From: Trueperaceae bacterium
Lineage (GTDB): Bacteria; Deinococcota; Deinococci; Deinococcales; Trueperaceae
Assembly (NCBI GenBank): GCA_034520945.1
Contig: JAXHNB010000005.1
Coordinates: forward strand, 416,001-480,000
Length of the DNA: 64,000 bases
Direction of reading: 5' to 3'
The translations under genes and the position numbers were made by a program. The notes under the pieces are model-generated. The model was not told the origin of the DNA, did not search any database, and saw nothing but the letters and a program-made list of their open reading frames with translations. Shown here piece after piece: positions 44,420-54,551 of the stretch. Position 1 is the stretch's first letter, and the number at the start of each line of letters is the position of its first letter.

Positions 44420-45396
44420 GCGACCGGCCCGCCGCCGTCGTGCTGGCGGCCGGACAGGGCCGGCGCATGCGCTCGTCGCTGCCCAAGGTGGTGCACGAGG
44501 TGGCCGGCCGGCCGATGGTGGCGCACGTGGTGCGGGCCGCCCGGACGCTCGGCGCCGACCCCGTCGTGGTGGTGGTCGGCGCGGGCGCCGACCGGGTGCG
44601 CGAGGCGCTGGCCGGCGAGGCGGTGGCGTTCGCCACCCAATCCCGCCCGCTCGGCACGGGGCACGCCTTCGCCAGCGCCCGGGAGGCGCTGGGCGCCTGG
44701 GCCGGCCCGGTGTTCTGCCTCAACGGCGACGGGCCGACGGTGACCGCCGCGTCGCTGGAGGCGATGCAACGCCTGCAGCAGGGCGGGCCACGCCCCGGCG
44801 AGGGCATGACCCTGATGACGGTCACCGCCGACGACCCCACCGGCTTGGGCCGGGTCGTCCGCGACGAGGCCGGGCGCGTGCGCGCGATCGTGGAGGAGAA
44901 GGACGCCAGTGACGCCACCCGCCGCATCCGCGAGATCAGCCCCGGCGTGTTCCTGTTCGACGCCACCGCCCTGCGACGCGCCGCGGCGCTGGGTCGCGAC
45001 AACGCGCAGGGGGAAGCGTACGTGACGGACCTCCCGGCCGCATACCTGGCCGACGGCGCGCCCGTGCGGGCGTACCACGCCGAGGATCCGCGCGAGGGGC
45101 TGGCCGCCAACGACCGGGCCCAGTTGGCGGTGCTCGAACGCGTCATGCGCGACCGGGTCCGCGCCCGCTGGCTGAATGAGGGGGTCACCATGGCGTCGCC
45201 CGAGACCACCTTCATCGACGACGGCGTGGTGCTGGCCCAGGACGTGGTGCTGGAACCGTTCGTGGTGCTGAAGGGCGGCACGCGCGTCGGGGACGGGGCG
45301 CGGATCGGGGCGGGGGCGCACCTGCAGGACTGCGAGGTCGCCGCGGGGGCGTGGGTCCCGCCGCACGCGCTGGCCAGCGAGGCCCGCTTCGGCTGA
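44416..45396 (+). CDS. glmU: GlmU-like GlcNAc-1-P uridylyltransferase, C-terminally short (326 aa)
   Basis: LAAGQGRRMRSSLPKV.H, LGTGHA, NGD, GLGR, IVEEKD and NAQGEAYVTD motifs; only a few hexapeptide turns before the stop. Confidence 0.8.
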   Translation: MSDRPAAVVLAAGQGRRMRSSLPKVVHEVAGRPMVAHVVRAARTLGADPVVVVVGAGADRVREALAGEAVAFATQSRPLGTGHAFASAREALGAWAGPVFCLNGDGPTVTAASLEAMQRLQQGGPRPGEGMTLMTVTADDPTGLGRVVRDEAGRVRAIVEEKDASDATRRIREISPGVFLFDATALRRAAALGRDNAQGEAYVTDLPAAYLADGAPVRAYHAEDPREGLAANDRAQLAVLERVMRDRVRARWLNEGVTMASPETTFIDDGVVLAQDVVLEPFVVLKGGTRVGDGARIGAGAHLQDCEVAAGAWVPPHALASEARFG

Positions 45397-45402
45397 CGCG
45401 AT

Positions 45403-45494
45403 CCCCCGACACGCCCCCCGACACGGCCCTGGCGCGGTCGCCCGACGCCAGCGGCACGGCCTCGGCCCCGCGTCGGCCCCGCGTCGGCCCCGCG
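45403..45494. repeat. Short tandem repeats in a convergent intergenic region
   Basis: cccccgacacg x2 (45403-45425) and tcggccccgcg x3 (45462-45494). Confidence 0.85.
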
Positions 45495-45498
45495 GCCG

Positions 45499-46968
45499 CT
45501 ACCCCCGCAGCCGGTAGCCCCCGTCGGCCGGTCCGTCCAGGATCTCGACCGTGAGGTCGCGCAGGCGCACCGCGGTGCTCTCGACGTACACGCCGAAGCG
45601 CCCCTCGCGCATGGTGTCGTCGACCAGGCTGAGAACCACCTCGCCGCCGAGGGACGCCTCCAGGTAGCCGCCGAACGCCACCACCTCCAGCTCCAGCGGT
45701 TCGGGACGCACCAGGTAGGCGGCCTCCTGCAAGGCCCGGTAGTCGAAGGCGGCGGCGCCCGGCTCGACATGCCCGCGGCGGGCGGTCCACACCCGCAGCG
45801 CGGCCAGCCCCTTGTCGGGCGACAGGCTCAGGTGGTAGCCCTCGCCCCCCTCGTTCACGCGCAGCAGCAGGCCCAGCTTGCCGGGGCCCTCGCGGGCCAG
45901 GCGCATCCGGACGCGCACGTCACGGTGCACCTCCGGCATCAGGAACAGTTCGGTGGCGTGCGGGCTGCGCAACACGGCCGTGCCCGCCCCGTCGGGACCC
46001 TCGGCGCGGGTGCCCGAAACGCCGCACAGCGGGGTGAACGCGCTCAGCTCCGCGCCGGGTACCGCCTGGCGCACCTTGGCGTCGAAGGCGGGGTGCGAGC
46101 GGACCCGCAGGCGCCCGTTCTCGGCCTCCACACGTTTGGGGGGCGCCATCAGGTGATGGCCGTCAGGGGAGGCGAAGAAGTTCCACAACGACCGTGCGCC
46201 GCCGTCCAACGAGGCGCTTATGCGCGCGGCGTAGTTGCCCTGCGGCAGGAGCACGTTGTCGCTGGGGGCTTCGAACGGGCCGTCCGGGCGCCCTGCGCGC
46301 CACAGGTGGACCTTTCGGTCCTCACGGATCGAGCCCAACAACCACCAGTGCCCGCCGTCCTCGAACAGCGACGGGACCTCGACGTCGTCGTAGCGGTTGG
46401 GGTGATGAAGGGGCGCCTTGGGCCGTGGGGCGGTCCGGCCGTCCCACGCCAGCCGGGCGACGCAGCCCCGCCGCAGCGGCGGTCCGTGCGCGACGCGGGC
46501 GCTGGCGAGGATCTCGGTGCCGTGCTCCGTCTGGATCAGGTACGGATCCCGGAAGCTGGTCCAGCCGCGCGGCTCCAGCTCGCACTCGTAGGCGGGATGA
46601 TCCAACGCGAGGGGAAACCCGCCACCCTCGACCTTGCGCCAGTGCATCAGGTCGTCGGACCGGGCCAGCCCGATCCGCTGGACGCGCCCCTCCTCGTCGC
46701 GGGCCAGGCCGGTGTACAGCATGCGGAAGCCGCCCGCCGGGTCGCGGCTGACGTGCATCGTCCACAGCATGTCGTCGTCGAACGCGCCGGGATCGCCGAC
46801 GAACAACGCGTTCGGGGCGCGGCGCCAACTCAGGCCGTCCTCGCTGATGGCGTGGGCGATCAGGTCGTGGTTGGGGAGAACCAGGTGGAACAGGTGGTAG
46901 GCGCCGTCGTGCGCGATGACGTCGACGTCGCCGATCTGGACGGGCCGGAACCCGCGAACCGGGTACAA
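45499..46968 (-). CDS. GH32-like (clan GH-J) five-bladed beta-propeller glycoside hydrolase with a C-terminal beta-sandwich
   Basis: GDVDV..HDG.YHLFHL, HA.S.D..W, S.DL.HW, FRDP and VEVP motifs; TTG start 2 nt after the sps stop. Confidence 0.8.
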   Translation of the reverse strand: MYPVRGFRPVQIGDVDVIAHDGAYHLFHLVLPNHDLIAHAISEDGLSWRRAPNALFVGDPGAFDDDMLWTMHVSRDPAGGFRMLYTGLARDEEGRVQRIGLARSDDLMHWRKVEGGGFPLALDHPAYECELEPRGWTSFRDPYLIQTEHGTEILASARVAHGPPLRRGCVARLAWDGRTAPRPKAPLHHPNRYDDVEVPSLFEDGGHWWLLGSIREDRKVHLWRAGRPDGPFEAPSDNVLLPQGNYAARISASLDGGARSLWNFFASPDGHHLMAPPKRVEAENGRLRVRSHPAFDAKVRQAVPGAELSAFTPLCGVSGTRAEGPDGAGTAVLRSPHATELFLMPEVHRDVRVRMRLAREGPGKLGLLLRVNEGGEGYHLSLSPDKGLAALRVWTARRGHVEPGAAAFDYRALQEAAYLVRPEPLELEVVAFGGYLEASLGGEVVLSLVDDTMREGRFGVYVESTAVRLRDLTVEILDGPADGGYRLRG

Positions 46969-46970
46969 CG

Positions 46971-49187
46971 TCAGTCCACCAACCCATACGCGCGGAGTCC
47001 CGCCAGGACGCCGCGCGCGTGCGGTTCGTCCACGAACCGTATGCCGCGCCTGCCGCGGAGAGGCTCGAGCTCGGAGGCGTGGTTGCCGACCACGATGCCG
47101 CGGAAGCGGCTGCGCAGCATTTCGGCGTCGTTGCCGCTGTCGCCGGCCACGCAGACGCGCTTGGGGTCCAGGCCCCACTTGGTCGCCACGTAGCGGACGG
47201 CCTTGCCCTTGCCGGCGCGGTGCGGCAGCACGTCCAGGTAGCGGCCGTGCGACCACACCAACGTGTAGCGCAGGTCCCGCGCGTCCAGCGCCTCGCAGAT
47301 CTCGGTCAGGCGCGCCTCGTCCTCCAGGTAGAAGCTGAGCTTGACGGCGGTCTGCGCCTCCTCGCCCTGGGGTTCCAGGCCGAGCTCGAGCAGCGTGTCG
47401 CGGACCGCGTCGCGTTGCCAGCGGGCCTGGAGGTGGCGCTCGAAGCCACGGTCCAGGATGCGGGAGGGCCCGTAGCGGATCTCGCTGCCGACGTCGCAGA
47501 TGATCACCTGCGGGTCGGGAAGGCCGTAGCTGTCGATGGCCTCCTCGACCAGCGCCAGGCTGCGGCCCGACGCCACGCCGAAGCCGATGTCGTTGCGGCG
47601 CAAGGCGTCCGCCAGCGCCTCCAGCGCTTCGGGGTCCGGCTCGTCCTGCACCAGCGTGCCGTCGATGTCGCTGATCAACATGCTGCGCAGCCCCTGCAGG
47701 TCGCGCCCGACGGTGCTGCGCCAGGGGTCGCTGGCCAGGTCGTCGGCCGGCGTCTCCAGCAGCGGCCATACGGCGGTGAGGTACGTCTCCGCGTGAGCCG
47801 TCCAGGAGTAGTGCCTCCGCACCCCTTCGATGCCGGCGTGGCTGTAGGTGTCCCACAGTTCCTCATCGACCAGGATGCGCTTGAGCGCGGCCTGCATCTC
47901 CTGGGGCTCGCGGGTGTCGACCAGCTCGCCGGAGCCGCAGGTGCCGATGATCTCCTTGGGGCCGCCGTGGTCGGTGGACACGACCGGCAGTCCCGACGAG
48001 GACGCCTCGATCAGGGTGATGCCGAAGTTCTCGACCAGCGCCGGGTTGATGAACACGCCGCGGCTGGAGGCCGCCAGGCGGTACAGCACCGGGATGTCGG
48101 TGCCCGGGTCGTGCTTCTTGGGCAGCGCCAGCTTGCCGTACAGGTCGTAGCGGTCCATGCTGAGGAGGAGGTCGGTGAGCACCTCGCGCTCGTTGTCGTC
48201 CATCTCCTCGATGTCCTTGCGCACGCCGGCGAACACCGCCAGGTTGGCGATCGACTGCAGCTCCTTGTCTTCTCCGTAGGCGGTGATCAGTCCGTCGATG
48301 TTCTTGCGCCGGTCGGGCCGGCTGACGGCCAGCACGAGGGGCTTGTCGGGATCGTTCAGGAACCGTTCCAGCTCGCGCCACATCCGCACGCGCGCCTCGA
48401 CGATGTCGTCGCCCGCGTCGAAGCTGCGGTCCTGATCGTAGTACCAGGGGTAGAAGCGCTCCACGTCGATGCCGGGCGGCAGCACCTGGTAGCTGGCGCT
48501 GCGGTGGCCTTCGTACAGCTGGTAGCCGTACTCGACCTCGTGCTGCGTGCTGGCGATGACCACGTCGGCCTTCCGCAGCAGCTCCTCTTCGACCTCGATG
48601 CGGTGCGAGATCTTGTAGCGCGACTCCAGCGCCTCCTCGTCCACGCCGGCGTTGCGGAGCACCTCGACCTTGTTGCGGCCCAGGGAGTGGCCGGTGAACA
48701 CCAACGGCAGGGCCAGCGCGCTGGCGATCTCCAGCGCGACGTAGCCGGCGTCGGCGTAGTGGCCGTGGACCAGGTCGGGGCGCACGCCGTGTTCGCGGTT
48801 CCAGCGCAGGACGCCCTGCACGAACGCGTCGAGCGAGGGCCACAACAGCTCCTTGCGGCGGTAGCGGGTGCCGCCCGCGCGGATGCGGACGATTCGGGCG
48901 CTCTCGCCGATCGGTTCCTCCTCGTGGGCGTAGTCGTCCGAGACGCGGTCGTCGTCGATCAGGCGCGTGAACAGCACCACGTCGCGTACGTCCTCGCGTC
49001 GCCCGAGGGCCCGGGCCAGCTCGACGACGTACTTGGTTTGCCCGCCGGTGTCGGCGTCGCGGCCGAGTTCCAGGTCGTGTCCACGGATCAGGCCGTGGAC
49101 GCTGAACATGTGAACGATCAGGGGGCGGCCGGCGGTCCCGCCGCTGCGTTCCGTCGGGGTCGTCGAAGTGTCGTCTTCTGGGCTCAT
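46971..49187 (-). CDS. sps: Bidomain sucrose-phosphate synthase / sucrose-phosphate phosphatase (GT4 + HAD-IIB)
   Basis: GT4 motifs [38 protein letters not shown] and [13 protein letters not shown] motifs DIDGT, SGR, K and GDSGND. Confidence 0.9.
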   Translation of the reverse strand: MSPEDDTSTTPTERSGGTAGRPLIVHMFSVHGLIRGHDLELGRDADTGGQTKYVVELARALGRREDVRDVVLFTRLIDDDRVSDDYAHEEEPIGESARIVRIRAGGTRYRRKELLWPSLDAFVQGVLRWNREHGVRPDLVHGHYADAGYVALEIASALALPLVFTGHSLGRNKVEVLRNAGVDEEALESRYKISHRIEVEEELLRKADVVIASTQHEVEYGYQLYEGHRSASYQVLPPGIDVERFYPWYYDQDRSFDAGDDIVEARVRMWRELERFLNDPDKPLVLAVSRPDRRKNIDGLITAYGEDKELQSIANLAVFAGVRKDIEEMDDNEREVLTDLLLSMDRYDLYGKLALPKKHDPGTDIPVLYRLAASSRGVFINPALVENFGITLIEASSSGLPVVSTDHGGPKEIIGTCGSGELVDTREPQEMQAALKRILVDEELWDTYSHAGIEGVRRHYSWTAHAETYLTAVWPLLETPADDLASDPWRSTVGRDLQGLRSMLISDIDGTLVQDEPDPEALEALADALRRNDIGFGVASGRSLALVEEAIDSYGLPDPQVIICDVGSEIRYGPSRILDRGFERHLQARWQRDAVRDTLLELGLEPQGEEAQTAVKLSFYLEDEARLTEICEALDARDLRYTLVWSHGRYLDVLPHRAGKGKAVRYVATKWGLDPKRVCVAGDSGNDAEMLRSRFRGIVVGNHASELEPLRGRRGIRFVDEPHARGVLAGLRAYGLVD

Positions 49188-49290
49188 CGCACGCTCCCTC
49201 GCATCCCATGGTAGCGGAGTGCGCCGTGACGCACGTCCCGTGGGGGCACGCGCCGTCGCGGGCGCGGTGCTATCCTGGCGCGCGGGAGGC

Positions 49291-50445
49291 ATGATGTCGT
49301 ATTTCGACAAACCCCCGGCGGTGCTGGCGCTCGAGGACGGGACCCTCTACTACGGGTACGCCTTCGGGCATCCGGGCGAAACCGTCGGCGAGATCGTGTT
49401 CAACACCTCGATGACCGGGTACCAGGAGATCCTGACCGATCCCAGCTACCACGGTCAGATCGTGACCATGACGTACCCGCACATCGGCAACTACGGCGTG
49501 TCGGTGTACGACATGGAGTCGAACCGTCCGTTCGCGCGCGGCTTCATCGTGCGCGAGTTCTCGCGCGCCGCCAGCAACCACCGGGCCAACCAGGACCTGC
49601 AGAGCTTCATGGAGCAGCACCGCATCGTCGGCATCGAGGGGATCGATACCCGCGCCCTCACCCGGCGCCTGCGGACCGGCGGCGTGGTGAAGGGCGTGAT
49701 CCGGCACGGGGCGCGCGACGAGGCGCTGGAGGCCGAGCTGGTCGCCCGCGCCCGCGCCCACGAGGACATCGACGGGCGCGACATGACCCCCGAGGTGACC
49801 ACCCCGCTTCCCTACGCGCGGCCCACCTTTCGGGCGTCGCCGCGGGTGGTGGTGATCGACTTCGGGATCAAACATTCGATCGTGTACAAGCTGGAGTTGG
49901 CCGGCGCCGAGGTGATCGTGGTCCCGGCACAGACGACGCCGGCGCAGATCATGGCGCTGGACCCCTACGGCCTGGTGCTCAGCAACGGCCCCGGCGACCC
50001 GGACGGCCCCAAGTACGCCCACGACACGGTCTGGCAGCTGCTGGGTTTGTTGCCGACCTACGGCATCTGCATGGGGCACCAACTGCTCGGCCTGGCGGTC
50101 GGGGGGCGCACCTTCAAGCTCACGCACGGCCACCACGGCGCCAACACCCCCGTCAAGAACGTCGTCACCGGCGAGGTCGAGATCACCAGCCAGAACCACA
50201 ACTACGCCGTCGACGTACGCTCCATCCCCGGCGGGCAGTTCCGCGCCACGCACGTCAACCTGAACGACGGCACCCTGGAGGGGATGGCCCACGAGCGCTA
50301 CCCCGTGTTCAGCGTGCAGTACCACCCCGAGGCCAGCCCCGGCCCCCACGACGCGAACTACCTGTTCCGCCGCTTCATCGAGGAGGTCGGGGCGTTCGAG
50401 GGCGCGTCGGCGCTGCCGGCGGCGCGGGCGGTGCCCTACACCTGA
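49291..50445 (+). CDS. carA: Carbamoyl-phosphate synthase small subunit
   Basis: [35 protein letters not shown] and [10 protein letters not shown] motifs. Confidence 0.97.
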   Translation: MMSYFDKPPAVLALEDGTLYYGYAFGHPGETVGEIVFNTSMTGYQEILTDPSYHGQIVTMTYPHIGNYGVSVYDMESNRPFARGFIVREFSRAASNHRANQDLQSFMEQHRIVGIEGIDTRALTRRLRTGGVVKGVIRHGARDEALEAELVARARAHEDIDGRDMTPEVTTPLPYARPTFRASPRVVVIDFGIKHSIVYKLELAGAEVIVVPAQTTPAQIMALDPYGLVLSNGPGDPDGPKYAHDTVWQLLGLLPTYGICMGHQLLGLAVGGRTFKLTHGHHGANTPVKNVVTGEVEITSQNHNYAVDVRSIPGGQFRATHVNLNDGTLEGMAHERYPVFSVQYHPEASPGPHDANYLFRRFIEEVGAFEGASALPAARAVPYT

Positions 50446-50481
50446 GCGGTGCTCGGCGGTTCGCGTCGCGGCGGAGCGCCC

Positions 50482-50904
50482 TCAGTTCACCGTCCGGCCG
50501 ACCGACGCCGACCAGCCGCGCCGCCGCCACAGGTAGAGCCCGAGCCCCAGCGGCCCGGCCACCCAGGTGAGGATCAGTTCGGTGCGGGGTAGGCGGCCGT
50601 AGAAGCGGGCGTCGCGGAAGAGCCACACCCCGGCGAACAGGTCCAGCGTCACCATGTGCGCCCAGGCGGTCAGGAAGCCGAGCGGCCGCCCCATCGCGTC
50701 GGCCAACGCATGGGGGTCCAGCGACGGCGGCGCGGCGCCCGCCACCAGGGTCGCGGCCAGGAGCCCGGCGTAGGCGCCGGCCAGCCCTACGAACGGCCAC
50801 GGCGACGTCACCAGCGTGCGCGTGCTGGGCGTGCGCGGGAACAAAAGCATCGACAACCACCACGGCAGCGTCGCGACCGAGATCAGCGAGAACGTGACCG
50901 CCAC
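50482..50904 (-). CDS. ABA4-like / DUF4281 membrane protein
   Basis: PWW.SM...P, WAHMVTLDLFAG.W and GPLGL.LY pattern. Confidence 0.82.
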   Translation of the reverse strand: MAVTFSLISVATLPWWLSMLLFPRTPSTRTLVTSPWPFVGLAGAYAGLLAATLVAGAAPPSLDPHALADAMGRPLGFLTAWAHMVTLDLFAGVWLFRDARFYGRLPRTELILTWVAGPLGLGLYLWRRRGWSASVGRTVN

Positions 50905-50907
50905 GCC

Positions 50908-51384
50908 TCAGCCCTCGCCGTCGTTCACGGCGCCCGCGTCGCCGGCGTGCGTGTCCAGGTGCAGGGTGACGGGGCCGTCATTGACGAGCGCCACCTGCAT
51001 GCCGGCACGGAACGTGCCGGTCTGGCACGGCACGCCGGCGCGAGACAGCGCGGCGGTGAACGCTTCGTACAGGCCGTCGGCCGTCTCGGGCGGGGCAGCG
51101 CCCAGGAAGCTGGGGCGGTTGCCGCGGCGCGTGTCGGCGTACAGCGTGAACTGGCTGACCACCAGGACGCTGCCACGTACGTCGGTGACGCTGCGGTTCA
51201 TCTTGCCCGCCTCGTCCTCGAAGATGCGCAGGCGCGCCACCTTCCGCGCCAGCGCCTCGGCGTGGGCGGTGTCGTCGCCCTGGCCGACGCCGAGCAGCAC
51301 CAACAGGCCGCGATGAATCGCACCCACGCTGTGGTCGTCCACCCGCACCTCGGCGTGGGCGACGCGTTGCACCACCGCCCTCAC
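50908..51384 (-). CDS. dtd: D-aminoacyl-tRNA deacylase
   Basis: MRAVVQRV, SQFTL, GNRPSF and NDGPVT motifs. Confidence 0.97.
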   Translation of the reverse strand: MRAVVQRVAHAEVRVDDHSVGAIHRGLLVLLGVGQGDDTAHAEALARKVARLRIFEDEAGKMNRSVTDVRGSVLVVSQFTLYADTRRGNRPSFLGAAPPETADGLYEAFTAALSRAGVPCQTGTFRAGMQVALVNDGPVTLHLDTHAGDAGAVNDGEG

Positions 51385-51418
51385 GGCGCGGCCGGCGCAG
51401 CGATCCGGCGCGGTCCCA

Positions 51419-52033
51419 TCAGAACAGCCCCTGTTGGCGCGCCGTGTCGATCACGACCGGCCCGGACTTGCTCGGCAACGCGTCCAGCGTCTGCCGGAGC
51501 CGCTTCATCGCCTCCCACATCTGCCACTTGGGCGCCCCGCGTTCGCGGCTGGGGTTGCGGAGCAGGTAGGCAGGGTGATACAGCGGCATCACGCGAATCC
51601 CCTGCTTTGATTGCCACGTGCCGTGCAGCGTGGTGATGCCGTCCTTGGTGTCCAAGAACCACTGCGTGGACACGTTGCCGAGCGTGGCGATGACCTGTGG
51701 GCGGATCAGCCGGATCTGGTGCAGGAGGACCGGCGCGCTGGCGGCCAACTCCTCGGGTCGGGGGTTGCGGTTCCCGGGCGGCCGGTACTTGACGATGTTG
51801 GTGATGTACACCTCGTCCCGGCTCAGGTCGACGCTCTCCAGGATCTTGTCCAGCAGCTGGCCCGCGCGACCCACGAACGGGCGGCCGCTGAGGTCCTCCT
51901 CCTCGCCGGGCGCCTCCCCGATCAGCATCAATGCGGCGTCCTCGTCCCCTTCGCCGAAGACGAGGGTGCTGGAGAGCTCGTGCAGGGCGTCGGGGCGCTC
52001 CGCGGCGCTGCGTTCGAGGTCGCGCAGGGTCAT
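51419..52033 (-). CDS. udg: Uracil-DNA glycosylase family 4
   Basis: [27 protein letters not shown] and YHPAY motifs; the Fe-S cysteines are absent. Confidence 0.92.
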   Translation of the reverse strand: MTLRDLERSAAERPDALHELSSTLVFGEGDEDAALMLIGEAPGEEEDLSGRPFVGRAGQLLDKILESVDLSRDEVYITNIVKYRPPGNRNPRPEELAASAPVLLHQIRLIRPQVIATLGNVSTQWFLDTKDGITTLHGTWQSKQGIRVMPLYHPAYLLRNPSRERGAPKWQMWEAMKRLRQTLDALPSKSGPVVIDTARQQGLF

Positions 52034-52078
52034 GGCGTGGTTGTACCACGGTCCGCACGCGGCCTTCCTGCCGCTCCG

Positions 52079-52450
52079 TCAGGGGGCCGAGGGGGGCCGC
52101 TGGCTGCGCACTTCTCGGCGCACCTTCGGCTCCAGTCCGATCATCAAAAAGAAGTTCTCGAGGGCGTTCTCGCGGCCCTTCACGGCGGCATGCGCGTCGG
52201 CGGGACTGCCGGTGACGAAGGGGAGCTCCTTGTAGATCGCCAAGGCGGCGTGGGCGACCTCTTCGGGCGTACCGTGCGTCGCCATCTCGGTCAGTTCCGC
52301 ATACACTTCGCGGCGGGCCTCGGCGTGCCGGCGGAACGCGTCGGGGTGCTCGGCATCGTCAGCGCGCAACAGGTCCTGCTTGGCGAGGCGGCGGTAGTGC
52401 TTGAGTCCACGCAGGATCTCGTCGGAACTGAGGACCACGTTCACGTCCAT
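52079..52450 (-). CDS. Hypothetical helical protein (123 aa)
   Basis: AAGGAG SD before the ATG; coding-like codon bias. Confidence 0.75.
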   Translation of the reverse strand: MDVNVVLSSDEILRGLKHYRRLAKQDLLRADDAEHPDAFRRHAEARREVYAELTEMATHGTPEEVAHAALAIYKELPFVTGSPADAHAAVKGRENALENFFLMIGLEPKVRREVRSQRPPSAP

Positions 52451-52545
52451 GGAGACTCCTTCCGGTCGGACGCCCAGGGCGTCGGTGCAGGCGCCTGCCT
52501 CAGCGTAGCGCGCCGGAATGAGCCGGATGTGGACCTCCCGTCGCC

Positions 52546-52773
52546 TCAGGCGCGGAGCGGCTTCTTCCGCAGCGGCGGCGCGTCGGACTCGTCCTGCAGC
52601 AGCACGTCCCCGGCGTCGCGTTCCAGCGCGGCCAGGTCGGCCTCGTCGCTGCGGTAGCCGCAGTGCCGGCACTCCAACTCGTCGAAGCCCTCGGCGAAGT
52701 GCCAGCTGACCGTCGCTTCGCTGCCGCACTCGGGGCAGGGAACCCCATCGAAGCTACCTTCCGCGTCGAACAT
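52546..52773 (-). CDS. Small zinc-ribbon protein (CPEC...CRHC)
   Basis: Two CxxC pairs; GGAGG SD; 75 aa. Confidence 0.75.
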   Translation of the reverse strand: MFDAEGSFDGVPCPECGSEATVSWHFAEGFDELECRHCGYRSDEADLAALERDAGDVLLQDESDAPPLRKKPLRA

Positions 52774-52873
52774 CGCGTGCCTCCCTCATGGCCGGAGCGT
52801 ATCCGAGGCGGCGGGCGGGGGGCGTTGGACGCAGGACCGGCGCCGGTGGGCCCGACGGGGGCGCCGGCGGCCC

Positions 52874-54493
52874 TCAGCCGCGCTGCCGGGTCGCCTCGGC
52901 GCGGGCCAGCAGATCGCGCGCCGTTCCCACCGCGGGCGCCTCCTCGTGCCCGGCCAGCATCCGCGCCAGCTCCCGTTCGCGGGCGTCTCCCTCCAGGGGG
53001 GCGACGGTCGACACGGTGCGCCCCGCGCGCGTCTCCTTGTCGACCCGGTGGTGGCCGTCGGCGAACGCCGCCACCTGCGCGAGGTGCGTCACCACCAGCA
53101 CCTGGTGACGTTGCGCCAGGGCCGCCAGCATCTCGCCGACCGCCAGGGCGGCCCGCCCGCCCACGCCGGCGTCGACCTCGTCGAGCACCAGGGTGGGCCG
53201 GTCGCTGCCCGTGACCAACCACAACGCCAGCATCAGGCGCGACAGCTCGCCGCCGGAGGCGGCCTGCGCCAGCGGCGCCGCCTGCTCGCCGCGATTGGCG
53301 GCAAACGACAACCACACGCGCTCACGGCCGTGCGGCCCCGGGTCGGCCTCCTCCAGCACCACCTCGACACGTGCCGCGTCCAGCGCCAGCCGGGCCAGCA
53401 ACGGGGCCACCCCCCGCTCCAACCGGTCGGCGGCCGCGCGGCGGGCCGTGCTCAGGCGGGCGCCATGCTCGGCCAGGCGCGCGTCCAGGGCGTCCACCTC
53501 GTCGGCCAGCTCCTGTACGCGGTCTTCGCTGCGGTCCAGCGCCTCCAGCTCGTCGGCCAGCGCGGTGCGGTGGGCCAGGATCGCGGCGGTCCCCTCGCCG
53601 TATTTGGCCGACAGGCGCTGGATTCGCGCCAGCCGCCCCTCCACCTCGTCGAGGCGCGCGGGGTCCTCCCTCAGCGGGTCCAGCACGTCCTGAAGCTCGT
53701 CGCTCACCGCCTGCGCGCCGCGCAGGGCGTCGTCCAGGTCGCGCGCCAGCGGTGCCAGCCGCGCATCGTAGCGGGCGGCACCGTCCAGTTCGCGCACGGC
53801 GCGCGCCAAGCGTGCCACCGCGCCCTCGTCCTCCTCCAACGCCGTCAACGCGGCCGCGGCGGCCTGCGCGATGTGGTCGACGTGCCGCAGGCGAGCCGCC
53901 TCGGCGGCCAGCTCCTCCTCCTCGCCGGCGCTCAAGCCCGCGGCGTCGATCTCGTCGATGCGGGCCCGTAGGGTCTCGGCACGTTCGGTGCGGGCGCGGG
54001 CCTCGCCCTGGAGCCGCTGCAGCTCGTGGGCGCGGGCGCGGCGTTCCGCGTACGCCTCGCGGTAGGCGCGCAGCGCAGCCGCGCCGTCCTCGTCCAGGAG
54101 GCGGTCGAGGGCTTCGCGTTGCCGCGCGGGCGTGAGGAGGGCCTGGTGCGCGTGCTGCGCGAACACGGCCAGCCGGGCCCCCACCGCGTCGGCCAGCTCG
54201 GCGACGGTGACCAGCTCGCCGTCGAGGCGGGCGTGGTTCCGCCCCTCGCGCACCAGGGTGCGCGAGGCCGAGGCGAGGCCGGGCCCGGCGAACTCGGCCT
54301 GGACGCGCGCGAGATCGGTCCCGCTGCGGACCAGTTCGGGGTCGGCACGCCCGCCGGCCAGCAGGGCCAGGGCGTCCACCAGGAGGGACTTGCCGGTCCC
54401 GGTCTCGCCGGTGAGGACCTGCAGGCCGGGCCCCAGCTCCAGGCGGACGTGTTCGGCCAACACGAAGTCCTGGAGTTCGAGTACCTGCAGCAC
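52874..54493 (-). CDS. recN: DNA repair protein RecN
   Basis: LTGETGTGKS, Q-loop AQH, coiled coil, ASGGELSR, DEVDAG and THLAQVAA motifs. Confidence 0.95.
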   Translation of the reverse strand: MLQVLELQDFVLAEHVRLELGPGLQVLTGETGTGKSLLVDALALLAGGRADPELVRSGTDLARVQAEFAGPGLASASRTLVREGRNHARLDGELVTVAELADAVGARLAVFAQHAHQALLTPARQREALDRLLDEDGAAALRAYREAYAERRARAHELQRLQGEARARTERAETLRARIDEIDAAGLSAGEEEELAAEAARLRHVDHIAQAAAAALTALEEDEGAVARLARAVRELDGAARYDARLAPLARDLDDALRGAQAVSDELQDVLDPLREDPARLDEVEGRLARIQRLSAKYGEGTAAILAHRTALADELEALDRSEDRVQELADEVDALDARLAEHGARLSTARRAAADRLERGVAPLLARLALDAARVEVVLEEADPGPHGRERVWLSFAANRGEQAAPLAQAASGGELSRLMLALWLVTGSDRPTLVLDEVDAGVGGRAALAVGEMLAALAQRHQVLVVTHLAQVAAFADGHHRVDKETRAGRTVSTVAPLEGDARERELARMLAGHEEAPAVGTARDLLARAEATRQRG

Positions 54494-54551
54494 GCTGGAA
54501 TGGTAGCGCGAATGGCGCCGCGGCTCGGGGCCGCCGGCGTCGCGCGCGGCG

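Noticed and set aside
49291..50445. carA without carB
   Set aside because: Unlinked carA and carB are unremarkable, and the gene looks intact
50482..50904. ABA4-like gene as evidence of abscisic acid or neoxanthin synthesis
   Set aside because: DUF4281 homologs are widespread small bacterial membrane proteins, and there is no supporting pathway context here
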